Assembly (NCBI GenBank): GCA_014379925.1
Contig: JACMKY010000006.1
Coordinates: 1-54,018, forward strand
DNA from: Cytophagales bacterium
Lineage (GTDB): Bacteria > Bacteroidota > Bacteroidia > Cytophagales > ES-bin-26
DNA: 54,018 bases
Reading direction: 5' to 3'
Positions 53,555-54,018 of this stretch are shown in pieces; positions within the stretch are counted from its first letter, which is position 1; the number at the start of each line of letters is the position of its first letter. The notes under the pieces were generated by a model. It was not told the origin of the DNA and ran no database searches. It saw only the letters and a list, made by a program, of their open reading frames with translations. The position numbers and the translations under genes are program-made.

Positions 53555-54018
53555 ATCCCGCTGGATGGGCAGGTAATACATCTTGTCCAGCCACAGCCGG
53601 TTTTCAATGCCGGGATCGATGTCAAGTGGTTTGTACACGTAGTCGTAGTTCGTGAGATCGTACTTGTACACCTTCACTTCCTTGCCGGGTTTCAGCGTGG
53701 CGGTGATGCTAATGATGCCGGCTTTCCGGCCCAGGGTTTGCGGGGCGATCATCCAACGGCGGGCGTCGTGGTAGCGTTGCTCTTCGTAGGCCATCTCGAC
53801 GCGGCGTTCGTTCCGGTACCGTTGCCGAAGTGCATCACCGGATTCGGTGAGAGCCGGCATGCCCGCGCGGAAACGGATCTTGTTGAGCCAGGTAACTGCT
53901 TCCACGTCCTGACCCAGTTCGATGCTGGCTTCCGCGTAGTTGAACATAGCCTCCGTGTACCGGAAAAAAGGCCAGGGTATTTGCTGCCAGGTGTTCTGGT
54001 CAACAATGGCCGGATTGG
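53504..54018 (-). CDS. SusD/RagB-family nutrient-binding outer-membrane lipoprotein (C-terminal part; gene runs off the window)
   Basis: The frame stays open to the window edge (...WPFFRYTEAMFNYAEASIELG...). RYTEA-x-FNYAEA and ERRVEMAYEEQRYHDARRW are hallmark SusD C-terminal motifs. Confidence 0.9.
   Translation of the reverse strand, partial: NPAIVDQNTWQQIPWPFFRYTEAMFNYAEASIELGQDVEAVTWLNKIRFRAGMPALTESGDALRQRYRNERRVEMAYEEQRYHDARRWMIAPQTLGRKAGIISITATLKPGKEVKVYKYDLTNYDYVYKPLDIDPGIENRLWLDKMYYLPIQRDEVNRNNKLVQNPGYTN

Overview
This 54-kb window looks like a chromosomal segment of a Bacteroidota genome, probably Cytophagales. GC appears to be in the high 50s % by eye (not computed). The taxon call rests on a SusD/RagB gene, ~800-aa FtsX-type permeases, SurA-like PPIase arrays, and one TTG-N19-TAnnTTTG promoter.

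About 90 % is coding, mostly on the minus strand. Recognisable genes:
- Housekeeping and metabolism: metG, murB, a fused isobutyryl-CoA mutase (IcmF), a GapN-like aldehyde dehydrogenase, a MoxR ATPase, three SurA/PpiC-type PPIase genes, and an M20 amidohydrolase.
- Stress module: MarR, an OYE reductase and YceI.
- Signalling: a TPR histidine kinase plus a Crp-family regulator, a STAS/RsbW-type pair divergent from a cNMP-binding TrxR-like flavoprotein, and a stand-alone CheB next to a 1104-aa CheB-CheR-PAS-histidine kinase.
- Polysaccharide-utilisation-type tail: SusD (partial), a CRTAC1/VCBS protein, a PAP2/haloperoxidase-like protein, and a ThuA-PQQ dehydrogenase-PKD-cytochrome c-CBM giant.

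I saw no rRNA, tRNA, CRISPR array, intact transposase or integrase.

Main leads:
1. A 2.2-kb accessory islet (21008-23222) between an rRNA-methyltransferase-like gene and murB. It holds gene debris and two VOC/glyoxalase cassettes. Each cassette is followed by a copy of the same ~45-nt arm. One copy belongs to a 118-nt imperfect hairpin whose ends fit the integron attC core consensus (GCCCAAC ... GTTGGGC) and which has bulged bases.
2. A ~130-bp palindromic element with terminal inverted repeats, inserted in frame in the CRTAC1/VCBS gene, reminiscent of Rickettsia palindromic elements.
3. Several smaller structured repeats and 3'-end gene remnants.

All family assignments come from motif recognition by eye. 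No database search was run.
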